A DNA stretch of 64,000 nucleotides from IMG/VR virus record IMGVR_UViG_3300011116_001007; one strand, written 5' to 3'. A model generated the notes under the pieces. The model made no database searches. It was not told where the DNA came from and saw only the letters and a program-made list of their open reading frames with translations. Source of the DNA: a virus. Lineage: Duplodnaviria > Caudoviricetes. Both the position numbers and the translations under genes were made by a program. Positions 25,031-35,163 of the stretch are shown here, in pieces; the first letter of the stretch is position 1; every line of letters begins with the position of its first letter.

Positions 25031-26239
25031 CTAAAAATTAGCTGCCTTTAGTGCAATAGGAGCCTCAACTTGATCCACATCAATTTCCACAGTTTTTATG
25101 CCTTGTGTGTGATATTGACGCAGATAAAACATGTGAGGTAGCAGCACACGTTCCAGCTCAGAATGCAGGCCACGAGCGCCTGTTTTGTTTTTCATGGTGC
25201 GTTCAGCAATGAGATCCAAGCTGGCATCAGTAAACTTCAACTCCACACTGTCACAATTGAACAACCAACTGTATTGCGAAATGTAGCTGTGTTTGACCTG
25301 TGTCAATATCATCACCAGATCTGCTTTGCTGAGTTCTTCCAGCGACACCCAGCTTTGGAATCGACCCACAAACTCTGGAATCATGCCATAACGGATTAGA
25401 TCTTCTGGAGTAGTTTTGGCCAAGTGCAAAGAACTGTCACGATCCATATTGGCACCAAATCCAATGGTGGTACCTTTGGTACGATTTTTTACTATGTTGT
25501 CCAGGCCCACAAATGCGCCGCCGCCTATAAACAGGATATTCCTAGTATCAATTTCCACAGTTTCACCCGATGGGTGCTTGCGGCCACCTTGCGGAGTGAT
25601 CCTACATTTGGTACCTTCTACCAGCTTGAGCAAGGCCTGTTGTACGCCTTCTCCACTGACATCTCTAGTGATACTGGCACTTTCACTTTTGCGACTGATC
25701 TTGTCTATTTCGTCAATGAACACAATACCGCGCTGTGTTTTTTCCACGTCATTGCCGGCAGCAGCAAACAGTCTACCAATCATGCTTTCAACATCATCAC
25801 CCACATATCCGGCTTCGGTAAGGCTGGTAGCATCAGCAATCACAAATGGCACATCTAAGTAACGTGCCACAGTTCGAGCCAGCAGTGTTTTGCCCGAACC
25901 AGTTGGTCCCAACATCAAGATATTGGTTTTTTCAATTTCTACATTGACGTCTTGATTGTTGATACGCTTGTAATGATTGACCACAGCCACACTCAACACT
26001 TGTTTAGCTTGTTCTTGTCCAATCACGTATCTGTCAAGGTGCCGCTTGATCTCCATTGGGTCCAATGAATCGCCTGTGTCAGCAGGTGTGACAATCAGAT
26101 CATCTTTCAACAAGGTCTCGCACAATTCCACACATTCGTTGCAGATGGCCACGGCTTCGCCAACTATGAGTTTGGTCACAATGTCCTTGTGTTTGCCGCA
26201 AAAACTGCAAGTAGTGTTACTGGTTTCGTTATTTTTCAT
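25031..26239 (-). CDS. clpX: ATP-dependent Clp protease ATPase subunit
   Basis: CSFC/CNEC Zn domain, [21 protein letters not shown] loop, IGF loop. Confidence 0.96.
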   Translation of the reverse strand: MKNNETSNTTCSFCGKHKDIVTKLIVGEAVAICNECVELCETLLKDDLIVTPADTGDSLDPMEIKRHLDRYVIGQEQAKQVLSVAVVNHYKRINNQDVNVEIEKTNILMLGPTGSGKTLLARTVARYLDVPFVIADATSLTEAGYVGDDVESMIGRLFAAAGNDVEKTQRGIVFIDEIDKISRKSESASITRDVSGEGVQQALLKLVEGTKCRITPQGGRKHPSGETVEIDTRNILFIGGGAFVGLDNIVKNRTKGTTIGFGANMDRDSSLHLAKTTPEDLIRYGMIPEFVGRFQSWVSLEELSKADLVMILTQVKHSYISQYSWLFNCDSVELKFTDASLDLIAERTMKNKTGARGLHSELERVLLPHMFYLRQYHTQGIKTVEIDVDQVEAPIALKAANF

Positions 26240-27740
26240 TGGTTTGTTTCTTGAGTTGTTCTGCCACTTGGTCACGCTCGCTATCGCTCAGCAAATCTGG
26301 ATCGTATTCTCCGCCATCTATTTTTTCAATTAAGTAGTTGATATAAGCGTCGTCATAAGTGTAACTGTCTGTGACATTTTTGTCAACCTCCATCCAGTCC
26401 TGACCATTGAATTTGTATACAACTGTGGGCTGCACATCTATTCGAACAAACGTATCTCCTCGCTTGGCATCCGTGGGGAACACTGTGCCAAAGCTGCTGT
26501 CAGGATATTCCATCCAGGGCAATTGTTTGATAATGCCCATCCTGAATCGTATGCGTTGGTTCTTTAATGTGTCAGCTGGATGGTCAAGTTTCCAGCGTTT
26601 GATCCTGGCTTTGATCCGGGGGTCGTCTTCGTCAATTTCTTCATCGTTGGCCTGGATTCCTGACAACACAATCTCAAGTTTTTCTTTGTCTCTTAAAAAA
26701 GGACCATCGCCAACATCACAATTTCTGTTGGGGCAGAACGGTCCAATACCTGGTGCATTCAGCAGCGGTGTGCCACACTTGTAGCAAGGTTCTAATTCGG
26801 GATCACTGGGTTCGGGGCGATATACTTGAATTGGCGCAGGTTCTATACCTGGAGGAGTATCACTGCCTGCAGGTGTAAACAAGTAGGGATGATCTTTGAT
26901 ATCAAATTCTTTTTCTGCTGGCAGCTCGGGATCGGGCACAGGGTCATCTACTGTTTCGGGTATTTCTTCACTATCTTTGGCTTTCTCTCTGGCCCATTTC
27001 AAACTTTCAGACGCTGCCAGCAACAACATGATGGCCAGCGGATCAAACACGCATACCAACAAGATGATAACCCAACGCACAGCACGTTCCAACACGTTGG
27101 TGTCAGGATTGTCTCCGTAGATCAATGCTGCGATATATTTTATCGGTCCAACCTCTGCCTCCACTTTGCGTACCTCGGCGGCAATAGGCGCACGGGCATT
27201 GTTAAGTTCCGCGATAGACTTCTGCGACTGTAGTATTTCATTTTGAAGGCGACTACGTTCTTTCTGCTGGGACTTTCGCATAGCCACAGCTTTGTCGGCA
27301 CCTTTTTCATCTGTTGAGCGGCCCAGTACTGAGTCCACTCCCTCATCCATCTGTTTAAGTGCCTTACGGTTTGCTTCAATATTCTCTTTTTCGGTTTTGA
27401 TTTTTTCATCATATATTGCTATCTTGGCTTGTACATCACCTGATACCAAGTTCTGATCGCTGTGTGCTTTTGACAAAAATCCAAAGATACCCATTGATGT
27501 GATCAGCATCAACATCAGCACAGCTGGCACTAGATACAATTTCATCAACCATCTAGCACGTGACCAATATTCATGCAGCCACAAGGTCACAACAACTTTG
27601 GCCAATTCAAGGATTGATCCCATGACCATGATGGGAATCACTGCTGCTGCAAATATAGCGGTCAAGCCGGCTATGCTGTAGTAGGCAGCAATGACACTTA
27701 GGCTCAAGGCCACAAATAAGGTAATAAGACTGAGGAACAT
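26229..27740 (-). CDS. Membrane-anchored coiled-coil protein with Zn-ribbon and C-terminal domain
   Basis: Three N-terminal TM helices, long coiled coil, CYKC...CPNRNC; TAAATA five nt before ATG 27740. Confidence 0.75.
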   Translation of the reverse strand: MFLSLITLFVALSLSVIAAYYSIAGLTAIFAAAVIPIMVMGSILELAKVVVTLWLHEYWSRARWLMKLYLVPAVLMLMLITSMGIFGFLSKAHSDQNLVSGDVQAKIAIYDEKIKTEKENIEANRKALKQMDEGVDSVLGRSTDEKGADKAVAMRKSQQKERSRLQNEILQSQKSIAELNNARAPIAAEVRKVEAEVGPIKYIAALIYGDNPDTNVLERAVRWVIILLVCVFDPLAIMLLLAASESLKWAREKAKDSEEIPETVDDPVPDPELPAEKEFDIKDHPYLFTPAGSDTPPGIEPAPIQVYRPEPSDPELEPCYKCGTPLLNAPGIGPFCPNRNCDVGDGPFLRDKEKLEIVLSGIQANDEEIDEDDPRIKARIKRWKLDHPADTLKNQRIRFRMGIIKQLPWMEYPDSSFGTVFPTDAKRGDTFVRIDVQPTVVYKFNGQDWMEVDKNVTDSYTYDDAYINYLIEKIDGGEYDPDLLSDSERDQVAEQLKKQTNEK

Positions 27741-27744
27741 AAGA

Positions 27745-27996
27745 TTATTTACCGGGCGGTGCCACTGGAGTGACCGCATACTTTAAAGCTATCCAAGTGG
27801 CAAATTTTTCGTCTGGCACCTCAAACCATATCACCTGAGGACTACGCACTGGTGAACTGGTCAAACGACGTTTTACACCTTGTTGTCCACGCCAATTTTT
27901 TCCGTACAATGCAATGGCTTCGCGAATGATCTTGTACCAGATGCGGACATCATCAATTTCCATGTATACACGGTGCATGGACACGGATTCAGACAA
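27745..27996 (-). CDS. Hypothetical protein
   Basis: ORF track; packed in operon. Confidence 0.7.
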   Translation of the reverse strand: MSESVSMHRVYMEIDDVRIWYKIIREAIALYGKNWRGQQGVKRRLTSSPVRSPQVIWFEVPDEKFATWIALKYAVTPVAPPGK

Positions 27997-27998
27997 GT

Positions 27999-28415
27999 TT
28001 AGTCCTGGTTGCCTTGTGCGACAACATTGCCATCATCATCACTCAGCTCTAAAGGACCTTCAAGGATGTAATCGGTGTCATTGCATGACCAACCCAAATT
28101 TTCTAGGCCTTCAAAGTAATCTTCATTCCATGCATCTATGATAGCATCTTGTTCTTCTTCAGTCATGTCCTCAGGCCAGTCCCAATCTGCCCAACAACCA
28201 TCGTCAAGACTTTCTAGTTCCCATTCATAGTCATCGCTGCCAATTTCATAACCATCCGGATTCACTAGATCAATTTCGGGCTGTTCATCGCTTTCGCAAT
28301 AGAATGTGCCCCAACGATAACCTTCAGTACGGATGATTTCTTTGCCGTCTTTGTACCAGTGTTGCTTTTCAACTGCGTTTTTTTTATGTTGTGTTTTGAG
28401 TGTCCAAGTTGGCAT
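27999..28415 (-). CDS. Acidic hypothetical protein
   Basis: MPTWTLKT start with AAGGA RBS; Asp/Glu/Trp-rich. Confidence 0.75.
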   Translation of the reverse strand: MPTWTLKTQHKKNAVEKQHWYKDGKEIIRTEGYRWGTFYCESDEQPEIDLVNPDGYEIGSDDYEWELESLDDGCWADWDWPEDMTEEEQDAIIDAWNEDYFEGLENLGWSCNDTDYILEGPLELSDDDGNVVAQGNQD

Positions 28416-28416
28416 T

Positions 28417-28707
28417 TTAATTTCCTTTGAATTGTTCAACTATTCCTGGGTTGTCTTCAAACAATGCTATCAGTGCATGGGTAAAAAATTTAACTTGTTT
28501 CTCAGTCATGTCCAAGTCATATGTGTGATCCAGCATGTGAATAACTTCGTGCCATTTGGCAATTTTTATTGTCTGGGCAGTCATGTTTTGGTTGATTGAA
28601 ATTTCTTGTGTGTTGAAATTTGCAAGACCAATATTGCCGCCCATTTCTTCTGAAGGCTTCATCACAATTGCGTACTCAATGCCGCTGATTTTTATTTTGT
28701 AAATCAC
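28417..28707 (-). CDS. HExxH-motif protein (metallopeptidase-like)
   Basis: GTG start overlapping upstream TGA; ISIN...WHEVIH. Confidence 0.6.
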   Translation of the reverse strand: MIYKIKISGIEYAIVMKPSEEMGGNIGLANFNTQEISINQNMTAQTIKIAKWHEVIHMLDHTYDLDMTEKQVKFFTHALIALFEDNPGIVEQFKGN

Positions 28708-28916
28708 GAGTCCCGATCCATTTCGCATGCTTCGCGCACAAGACTCAATACCTCGTCCACAGTACTGCACATGATCTTGGCGCTGACGTAATCGCTTTTT
28801 TTATTGCGACCGCCAACTTCGACCATGAAGCCGTTGTCATACATGTTGATGGTGAAGTTGTCATTCACCTTGACCAGTTTGTCACCGATCTTACTTACTT
28901 TTTTTGCTGTTGCCAT
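28704..28916 (-). CDS. Hypothetical protein
   Basis: ORF track; AGGAG RBS. Confidence 0.8.
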   Translation of the reverse strand: MATAKKVSKIGDKLVKVNDNFTINMYDNGFMVEVGGRNKKSDYVSAKIMCSTVDEVLSLVREACEMDRDS

Positions 28917-28929
28917 AATTCTCTCCTGA

Positions 28930-29148
28930 TTACACGGGTTTGTTCATTTCAAATGCTTTGTGTATCTTGTGCTTGACCAAGGCAGACCCCACACATACAC
29001 CTTTGCCCCCGCATTGATCGATGCAGAATGCCGCAGCTATCCTTGCCAATCGTTCCACAGCGTCGGCCTGATCCGGGGTATATTTCAACCCAGCTTCAGA
29101 AGCCATGCGTTCAATCAATGCGTTCATATCATGTCCAAAGACTGTCAC
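28930..29148 (-). CDS. Hypothetical protein
   Basis: ORF track; helical pattern loosely like the MNERI family (ERLARIAAAFC). Confidence 0.65.
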   Translation of the reverse strand: MTVFGHDMNALIERMASEAGLKYTPDQADAVERLARIAAAFCIDQCGGKGVCVGSALVKHKIHKAFEMNKPV

Positions 29149-29974
29149 GAGCCCGAATCAAACGAATCATCATGTCAGTATCTTCTTTTTCGTAGGCTCG
29201 TTCAATCTTGTCTAGCAGTTTCATAGCTTTGGTACTGGCATTTCTACTGGCAGGATCTTTTTCAGAAACTCCAATCCATCTGTTACCATGTTTAATACGC
29301 AACATTTCACAGTAATCACTCCAACCACTAGCATCATGTGGGTCTGGACGATTTGGATATACAGTAGTCCACCATAGATACAATTCTTTAATTTCCTTGG
29401 CACGTAATGCTTGACCAGTGGGCTTGCCGTAATTGGGATCAGTTTCTTCTACACCCCAGTCTGAGCCCATTGTTAAAGTCATTGCCCAGTCAAGATGATC
29501 GAGACCTGCTTGAGGGCAACGCCAAGTGCGCCAACGGAACCAACCCGTGGCCCAGAATGGTGCTTTATACTTTGCTCGGGCTTCTTTATCGCCCCAGGCA
29601 ATGTGATGCCATGCTTGTTCTATCTCAACAAAATCAACCAACTCATTGAATAAGCAAGGCAAAAAGCGGTTGCCCACGTCGCACCATTCGCCCGGTTTAA
29701 TATCCCGGGCATGAGCGGTAAGACTATGAGTGCGACTAACCCAACGGTTGTTAATGTAGTACTTGATATCATATAGTTTCCTTACAGGCCAGGTTACAAA
29801 ATCTTGGATGTGCCCCAGTGCTTCTTCCGCAAGCCAATATCGAAAGTTGTGCTTCATTTGTGCCTGAGTGGTCCACTCATCCCATTCTTCGCTTGTGCCT
29901 GCATTCAATTTCTTAGTGCCGCGAAGCCAATCTGCGAAAGGACTGCAACTCCAATAATTTGTATGTTGTGCCAT
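29129..29974 (-). CDS. Trp-rich conserved hypothetical phage protein
   Basis: 281-aa ORF. Confidence 0.8.
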   Translation of the reverse strand: MAQHTNYWSCSPFADWLRGTKKLNAGTSEEWDEWTTQAQMKHNFRYWLAEEALGHIQDFVTWPVRKLYDIKYYINNRWVSRTHSLTAHARDIKPGEWCDVGNRFLPCLFNELVDFVEIEQAWHHIAWGDKEARAKYKAPFWATGWFRWRTWRCPQAGLDHLDWAMTLTMGSDWGVEETDPNYGKPTGQALRAKEIKELYLWWTTVYPNRPDPHDASGWSDYCEMLRIKHGNRWIGVSEKDPASRNASTKAMKLLDKIERAYEKEDTDMMIRLIRARDSLWT

Positions 29975-30429
29975 TATTTTACTTCTTTGTAGGTCTGTGG
30001 AAAAATTTCTTTCTTCACAGCACCGTAATCGCCTGTACCGTGACGTACAATATAATCATTACCTTTGGTATAGGTAAGGTCGCCCCAAGTTGTGTGCAGC
30101 ACACCATCATGATCCGCAAGTTTTACCTGTTTAGGAATAGACTTAGGACTAGCTGTGCCATCACCATTGTCTGTTTTTAACTCATGAAAAGTTTCTGGAT
30201 CATTAAGATATTCTTCGCCTTCGGGTCCGGTAATAACATAATCGCCGACCCTTCCTGGTAACGCCTCATTTTCTAGTGATTTAATAATTTCGGGTTCTTT
30301 CAAAATCCTAAACGGTTCAATCTTGGTTGAAATCTTAGCGGCAATAAACGATCCTGTTTTAAACCAGTCATCATTGATCACAGTACCTTCTACTAGATCG
30401 ATATGTTTTCTAATGTCTTGTGTGTTCAT
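29974..30429 (-). CDS. PGDYG-like protein
   Basis: Internal duplication GRVGDYVITGPEGEEY / TKGNDYIVRHGTGDYG. Confidence 0.75.
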   Translation of the reverse strand: MNTQDIRKHIDLVEGTVINDDWFKTGSFIAAKISTKIEPFRILKEPEIIKSLENEALPGRVGDYVITGPEGEEYLNDPETFHELKTDNGDGTASPKSIPKQVKLADHDGVLHTTWGDLTYTKGNDYIVRHGTGDYGAVKKEIFPQTYKEVK

Positions 30430-30854
30430 TATTGATATTCCTTATCTAATTTTACATTGGTAAGACCTGCTATCACTTGGAAGTTATCCCAAGCATCTTT
30501 TGCGGCAACATTTTTTTCCAGCTCACTGCTGGGCAATACTGCTTCCAACCAAATTTCTGGCCTACGAGCAGGGCGAGCACCAAATTTGCGAGGCTGATGC
30601 ATTTTGCCATCATCGTATAACATGATGCTCACACTGCGGAATCGATCCTCGTCATCCTTGCTGTGATAATCGTAATTGCCCCATTCGGGATTGCTCAATC
30701 CGCCATGAGTGTAACCGTCCCAAATTCCTGCCCACTGTGTGTCATCGTGCGGATCAAAATTTGTACGGGTGATCACTACCAATACATCGTCCGTATCCAC
30801 ACGACCTTCCACAATGTCAAGAACACAACGACTGTAACTCAGTCCAACTTTCAT
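30429..30854 (-). CDS. Hypothetical protein
   Basis: ORF track. Confidence 0.8.
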   Translation of the reverse strand: MKVGLSYSRCVLDIVEGRVDTDDVLVVITRTNFDPHDDTQWAGIWDGYTHGGLSNPEWGNYDYHSKDDEDRFRSVSIMLYDDGKMHQPRKFGARPARRPEIWLEAVLPSSELEKNVAAKDAWDNFQVIAGLTNVKLDKEYQ

Positions 30855-31396
30855 TTAAATAATCCTTCAGTGCTCAATGCCAGTTCTTCACGATGCTGGT
30901 CCATGGCCGCTTGCAATGCCTGTTCAATAAATTGATTCAAAGTGATATCCTGTTCGTGTGCCAGTTTCATGTATAGAAACAACTCGTGTTCGGGCAAATC
31001 CAAATCCAAAGCCACTCGGGTATCATACTCTTGACCGTTCACAATGGCCTGAGCTTTTTCCAACCAATCAGACTCCACATCAAGATCTATGTGTTTGACA
31101 TCGTCCCAGGCAAAATCTCCCATGCCACGTTCCTCAGTTTCTTTGCGATGCTTTTCCACAAATTTGGGATTGATCAAGCGATAAGCCCGGTTGTGGGTGT
31201 AGTCACACACTTCAACTTCGTAGACCTTTTGACTCTTGGTGCTGAACACCATGTTGGCACTCCAGCCACCTGCGCCATGGAGGCCGTTCCAAGCACCAAT
31301 TTGATAACTGTTGGGGCCGTAACACTTCCACCCATAATCGTCGCCCTCGCCAATGCGATAGTTGATTGTTTCCATAAACTGCTGTACTGTGATCAT
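30851..31396 (-). CDS. Hypothetical protein
   Basis: Start re-placed at MITVQQF (AGGAG RBS). Confidence 0.8.
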   Translation of the reverse strand: MITVQQFMETINYRIGEGDDYGWKCYGPNSYQIGAWNGLHGAGGWSANMVFSTKSQKVYEVEVCDYTHNRAYRLINPKFVEKHRKETEERGMGDFAWDDVKHIDLDVESDWLEKAQAIVNGQEYDTRVALDLDLPEHELFLYMKLAHEQDITLNQFIEQALQAAMDQHREELALSTEGLFK

Positions 31397-31409
31397 ATTT
31401 ACTCCTGTA

Positions 31410-32774
31410 TTAAATCTTCTCGTTGGCTTCAAATCCACGGAATCTTACAAATCTCGGAAACCTCAAACTGTAGGTTCCGTCTTGGTTTTGCGTGACTGCA
31501 TCAGCTTCAACTTCAATGACGTTATCAAGCAAAGTATCACGTGTGTCCCAAAACCGCTGGCGATCATCGTCACTAAAACCGCTACCAACATTGACTCTAA
31601 TGTTTCTGTCATTGTCTGTTCCTTCACATATTATAGCACCCAAGCGGTCCGCATTGCGACCAGTTCCTTGCTCAAAACCCACAATATTGAGATCAACAGT
31701 GATGGTGGGTTTCCATTTCATCCAAAAGTCTGACCGCTTGCACTCATATGGTGCATCCAGATTCTTGATCATGATGCCCTCAAAGCCTTCAGCAACACAA
31801 TCCTGTGCATACCGATTCATCACGTCATGTCCTTCAGCTGTGTCCAAATCCACTTCAACACCACTCATTATACGCAAACAGGTGGTTTGAGCAAACTGGC
31901 GTTGGCACACTTTTTCCAACCAATCCAACCGTTTGCGTTGTTGTCTATTGCAATGTCCTTCTTTGAATTCATGCAAGCCCATGATATCAAACACATGATA
32001 TACCATTCCTGAAGTTTCGGCGTCATGCTTGCGATGTGCTTGGCGCATCAGCTGCTGGAAACTTTCTCCTACAATCTCGCCATCTAACACAATTCCGCCT
32101 GCTGGGATGTCAAGATCAGCAGCTTCTATAGCTTCTGCAATCTGCGGAAAGTTCATGAACTCTTTGCCGTTACGGCTGTACAATGTCGCATTGTTTCTAG
32201 TGACCACTGCCAGCACACGCACGCCATCCAGTTTGACTTCCAGGCGTTTGATGCCTTTCATCTTGGCCGGACGATCAGTTGAGTCCTGTGCCAGTTGGCA
32301 TGAAAATACTGGAATGCGATATTGTGTTTTGCCCAACACTTTGTTCAGAGTTTTTTCGCTGATGCCACAACGAAGGTCTTTAGAGATCACCGGCGCACAT
32401 ACCAGGTTCCATTCGTCACTGTCAAATTGATCACGGATGTCTAGCAGTTGATCTCTGGCTGCATGGCCAGTGTAGCTTCGGGTGCGTAGTGCTTCCAGCA
32501 GTCCCCAGAATCGAGGCCACGGATTGGCTTGTCCTGTGCGTCCCGGCTCGGCCGCAGGAAGTTGCTTGACGTAGTAGGTGTAGAAGGGATTGTAGGCCTG
32601 GTAGCAGTTGAACAAAAAAGCCTGTGCATCGGCACTGCCCAATTTTGAAGCCATCAGGGCTTTTTCGATAACTTTTTCCTTGTGAATGCGGCTGTCAGAT
32701 TCAGCAAGTTCTTTTATCCAACCTGATGACATGACACCCTCATAACGCGGATCATTGGGGTTGTATTCATTCAT
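31410..32774 (-). CDS. ATP-dependent DNA ligase (T4 gp30-like)
   Basis: EVKLDGVR (adenylated Lys), LDGEI, EGIMIK, WMKWK, SLRFPRF. Confidence 0.95.
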   Translation of the reverse strand: MNEYNPNDPRYEGVMSSGWIKELAESDSRIHKEKVIEKALMASKLGSADAQAFLFNCYQAYNPFYTYYVKQLPAAEPGRTGQANPWPRFWGLLEALRTRSYTGHAARDQLLDIRDQFDSDEWNLVCAPVISKDLRCGISEKTLNKVLGKTQYRIPVFSCQLAQDSTDRPAKMKGIKRLEVKLDGVRVLAVVTRNNATLYSRNGKEFMNFPQIAEAIEAADLDIPAGGIVLDGEIVGESFQQLMRQAHRKHDAETSGMVYHVFDIMGLHEFKEGHCNRQQRKRLDWLEKVCQRQFAQTTCLRIMSGVEVDLDTAEGHDVMNRYAQDCVAEGFEGIMIKNLDAPYECKRSDFWMKWKPTITVDLNIVGFEQGTGRNADRLGAIICEGTDNDRNIRVNVGSGFSDDDRQRFWDTRDTLLDNVIEVEADAVTQNQDGTYSLRFPRFVRFRGFEANEKI

Positions 32775-32777
32775 TAT

Positions 32778-33236
32778 TTACTTCTCTTGTTTCTTGGTCA
32801 ATGCACACACAAATAAAAATTGATCGTAGGCTGCTTTTACAGTGGCGTTGGTCAGTAATTTATCTGCTTCTGCTTGCAATGCTCGAACACCTGCTTCCGC
32901 AATATCATGTATGCTGGCTCCATTCAGCGTACACAGTTCGTCACCAAACTCCTTGGCCAGTTTTTTCCAGGCTCGTTGTTGAGCAGGCGTGATAGGAGTA
33001 CGAGCTGGCCGCATTTCGCTGGCTTTGTTCAAGGCCTTGCACATGGCATCTTCAGCCACACGACTGGCCGCAATCAAGGCTGCATAGTTGGGATCAATGT
33101 TGTACTGGCGACTCTCTCCACCTGGATAGCACATCACAAGATGATTGCCTTTGGGAAAAGTATAATGATCGTCGTAGTTTTCAGCCACAGGCACATACCT
33201 GCGCCCAACTTTTTCGTATAAGATTTTTTTTACCAT
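32778..33236 (-). CDS. Hypothetical protein
   Basis: ORF track. Confidence 0.8.
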   Translation of the reverse strand: MVKKILYEKVGRRYVPVAENYDDHYTFPKGNHLVMCYPGGESRQYNIDPNYAALIAASRVAEDAMCKALNKASEMRPARTPITPAQQRAWKKLAKEFGDELCTLNGASIHDIAEAGVRALQAEADKLLTNATVKAAYDQFLFVCALTKKQEK

Positions 33237-33574
33237 GAGCTGTTGTAGAACACTCGTAGACCCAGAAACAATTCAGCCTTGGCGTCGCGGATGAATTTGA
33301 GATCGCTGTCATGATACTCATCATCACTGTTGTTGCCAAAGAAGAATCCGCCAGTGGCAGGCAAGGTTTTTTCTCGCACGGCTTGTTCCAGTGCGTCAAG
33401 ATCTTCCCATGTGAGTTCTAGTTCGTCGCCGTTGAATTGTCCCGAATTGCCCTTGGATTCCCACAGCCGATGCATCCAGCCATGCAGGTTAGGATGCTTA
33501 CGCCAGTAAGCAATCTCACGTGGGTTCTCTGCTGCTGGTTTGGCAGCGGTGTACGCATACATGTCTAGTCCCAT
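33230..33574 (-). CDS. Conserved hypothetical phage protein
   Basis: MGLDMY...YWRKHPNLHGWM...GGFFFG. Confidence 0.85.
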   Translation of the reverse strand: MGLDMYAYTAAKPAAENPREIAYWRKHPNLHGWMHRLWESKGNSGQFNGDELELTWEDLDALEQAVREKTLPATGGFFFGNNSDDEYHDSDLKFIRDAKAELFLGLRVFYNSSW

Positions 33575-33584
33575 TGCAAATCTC

Positions 33585-33764
33585 CTATGACTGTATTTTA
33601 ACGGTATTCACGTTATCTGTCAACTCTTTGATTTTTTCCAAAGTTTCCCGATAGCCTGCATAGTGCAGAGCCATTTCATAACTGCCATCTTGGCAGCTTT
33701 TCCAATGTGCATTGGACTCTAGTATGGCCTTTGCACGGGCCTGTAGTGTTTCAAGTTCCGTCAT
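33585..33764 (-). CDS. 59-aa hypothetical protein (not in ORF track)
   Basis: MTELETLQARAKAILESN...; starts at a GVEE junction. Confidence 0.7.
   Translation of the reverse strand: MTELETLQARAKAILESNAHWKSCQDGSYEMALHYAGYRETLEKIKELTDNVNTVKIQS
33595..33623 (-). promoter_or_regulatory. Sigma70-type promoter
   Basis: TTGACA-17nt-TAAAAT. Confidence 0.7.
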
Positions 33765-33961
33765 TCTTCTTCAACTCCGAAATGTTCTAAAATCTGATTA
33801 TAAACTTCATAATTGCCGTCAGCATATTGTTGACCAATATCAGCACATTTTTGAACAATCAACAGGGCGAACTTTTCCATTTCTTCATTAATGCCCATCG
33901 ACTCAATAACGAAATCATATAGCCCAGCCTGCTCCATAAGTTCTTTAATTCGTTCGTTCAT
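33761..33961 (-). CDS. Orphan MNERI-family small protein
   Basis: MNERIKELM ... EKFALLIVQKC ... EHFGVEEE. Confidence 0.9.
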   Translation of the reverse strand: MNERIKELMEQAGLYDFVIESMGINEEMEKFALLIVQKCADIGQQYADGNYEVYNQILEHFGVEEE

Positions 33962-33964
33962 TCT

Positions 33965-34219
33965 TCAACCCCAATCCTTCTTGTCACCAAACTGTTCGTT
34001 ATCGTTGAAGCCTGCGGTGTATGCTGTGATCTCAGCAGCAGTCATGTCTTTCATTTCCACACGAGGCGTGGTTGAAGTGGCACCTTCAAAGTAGTGCGGA
34101 TTATAACCACGGCTGTAGTAGCTGTCGGCACTGCCGCGATCATAAGGACCACCATGCCGTGGGTCATAGTTAGGTTGGCTAGTGTGATTGCCGTTTACGG
34201 CGTCCATGTATGAGGCCAT
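33965..34219 (-). CDS. Hypothetical protein
   Basis: RHGGPYDRGSADSYY; 3' end carries GGTTGAAGAATG junction. Confidence 0.8.
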   Translation of the reverse strand: MASYMDAVNGNHTSQPNYDPRHGGPYDRGSADSYYSRGYNPHYFEGATSTTPRVEMKDMTAAEITAYTAGFNDNEQFGDKKDWG

Positions 34220-34395
34220 TATTTTCTCCTTGGCTGAGCAAACGCGCCAGATGTTTCTTCAGCACCTGGAATTTCTTCGCATTCACATTCCCACATGGGG
34301 AATGATTCGTAGTAGCCCGAAAAATACAGCGGCCGCAGCATGGTCTTGCAGAATGGGCATGTTGGCATCACAGTTGGTTCTATTTGTTCAGACAT
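34219..34395 (-). CDS. 58-aa zinc-ribbon protein (not in ORF track)
   Basis: CPFC...CEC; AGGAG RBS. Confidence 0.7.
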   Translation of the reverse strand: MSEQIEPTVMPTCPFCKTMLRPLYFSGYYESFPMWECECEEIPGAEETSGAFAQPRRK

Positions 34396-34407
34396 AATCT
34401 TCTCCTT

Positions 34408-34758
34408 TTACTTAAAATAACGATAAGGCAGGCCCAAGGTGTAGCACAAAAACTCGTCATCACCACCGGTGCCTTCGGCTTCGTGTATCCAACGCAAGGC
34501 CATAGCACGATCTTTAGCACCGCAGGCCAGCACGGATTGAATCCGCATCTCAAATGCATGGCAGGCCTCGTGCTCAGCAATCTTGCGCTCACGCTCGTTC
34601 TTGGCAATCACTCCCTGCAGATACTCAAACTCCTGAGTGAAAGTTGCCTCAGTCCAACCCGTGGTATCCACATGACGAGGACGGAAACCGTGAGCATCCT
34701 TGTACATATCCCAAAAGATGCTGTGCAGTTCTTCTTCACGGGTCATTGTATCTTGCAT
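34408..34758 (-). CDS. Hypothetical protein
   Basis: YKDAHGFRPR motif; downstream of a promoter. Confidence 0.8.
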   Translation of the reverse strand: MQDTMTREEELHSIFWDMYKDAHGFRPRHVDTTGWTEATFTQEFEYLQGVIAKNERERKIAEHEACHAFEMRIQSVLACGAKDRAMALRWIHEAEGTGGDDEFLCYTLGLPYRYFK

Positions 34759-34787
34759 GGTGATTCCTTTTTGCTGTGTATGTGTGT

Positions 34788-34816
34788 ATTATAGCAGAAC
34801 GGTGATTTCTGGTCAA
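34788..34816 (-). promoter_or_regulatory. Sigma70-type early promoter
   Basis: TTGACC-17nt-TATAAT. Confidence 0.85.
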
Positions 34817-35157
34817 CCGTTCTGCTTGATGCGAACGTCTGTGTTCAGTGCAGGCGCATATTTTGCAATGAGTTCACGTTCTAACTTATGTGCAACATCT
34901 TTACCACGCACAATGTCAACAATAGTTGACACAATGCTGTCAGCACCTGCGGCACGAATTGCTTCGTACAGGCGCCAAGACTTGTCTTCAGTGCGCGAGC
35001 GATAGATGTGCTTGTTCACACGGCTACGCAAGCTCATGGGCACAGTGCGCTGAGTCTTAGCAGTGATGCCAATGTACGTCTCAAAACCAATATGCAAAGC
35101 ATATACGATATGAGTGCGATCTACTCGCTTTTTACGGGTGACTTTTGTTGCTTCCAT
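34813..35157 (-). CDS. Small GIY-YIG nuclease-family protein
   Basis: HIVY...TYIGIT...RVNKH...LERELI...LN. Confidence 0.75.
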   Translation of the reverse strand: MEATKVTRKKRVDRTHIVYALHIGFETYIGITAKTQRTVPMSLRSRVNKHIYRSRTEDKSWRLYEAIRAAGADSIVSTIVDIVRGKDVAHKLERELIAKYAPALNTDVRIKQNG

Positions 35158-35163
35158 ACATGT

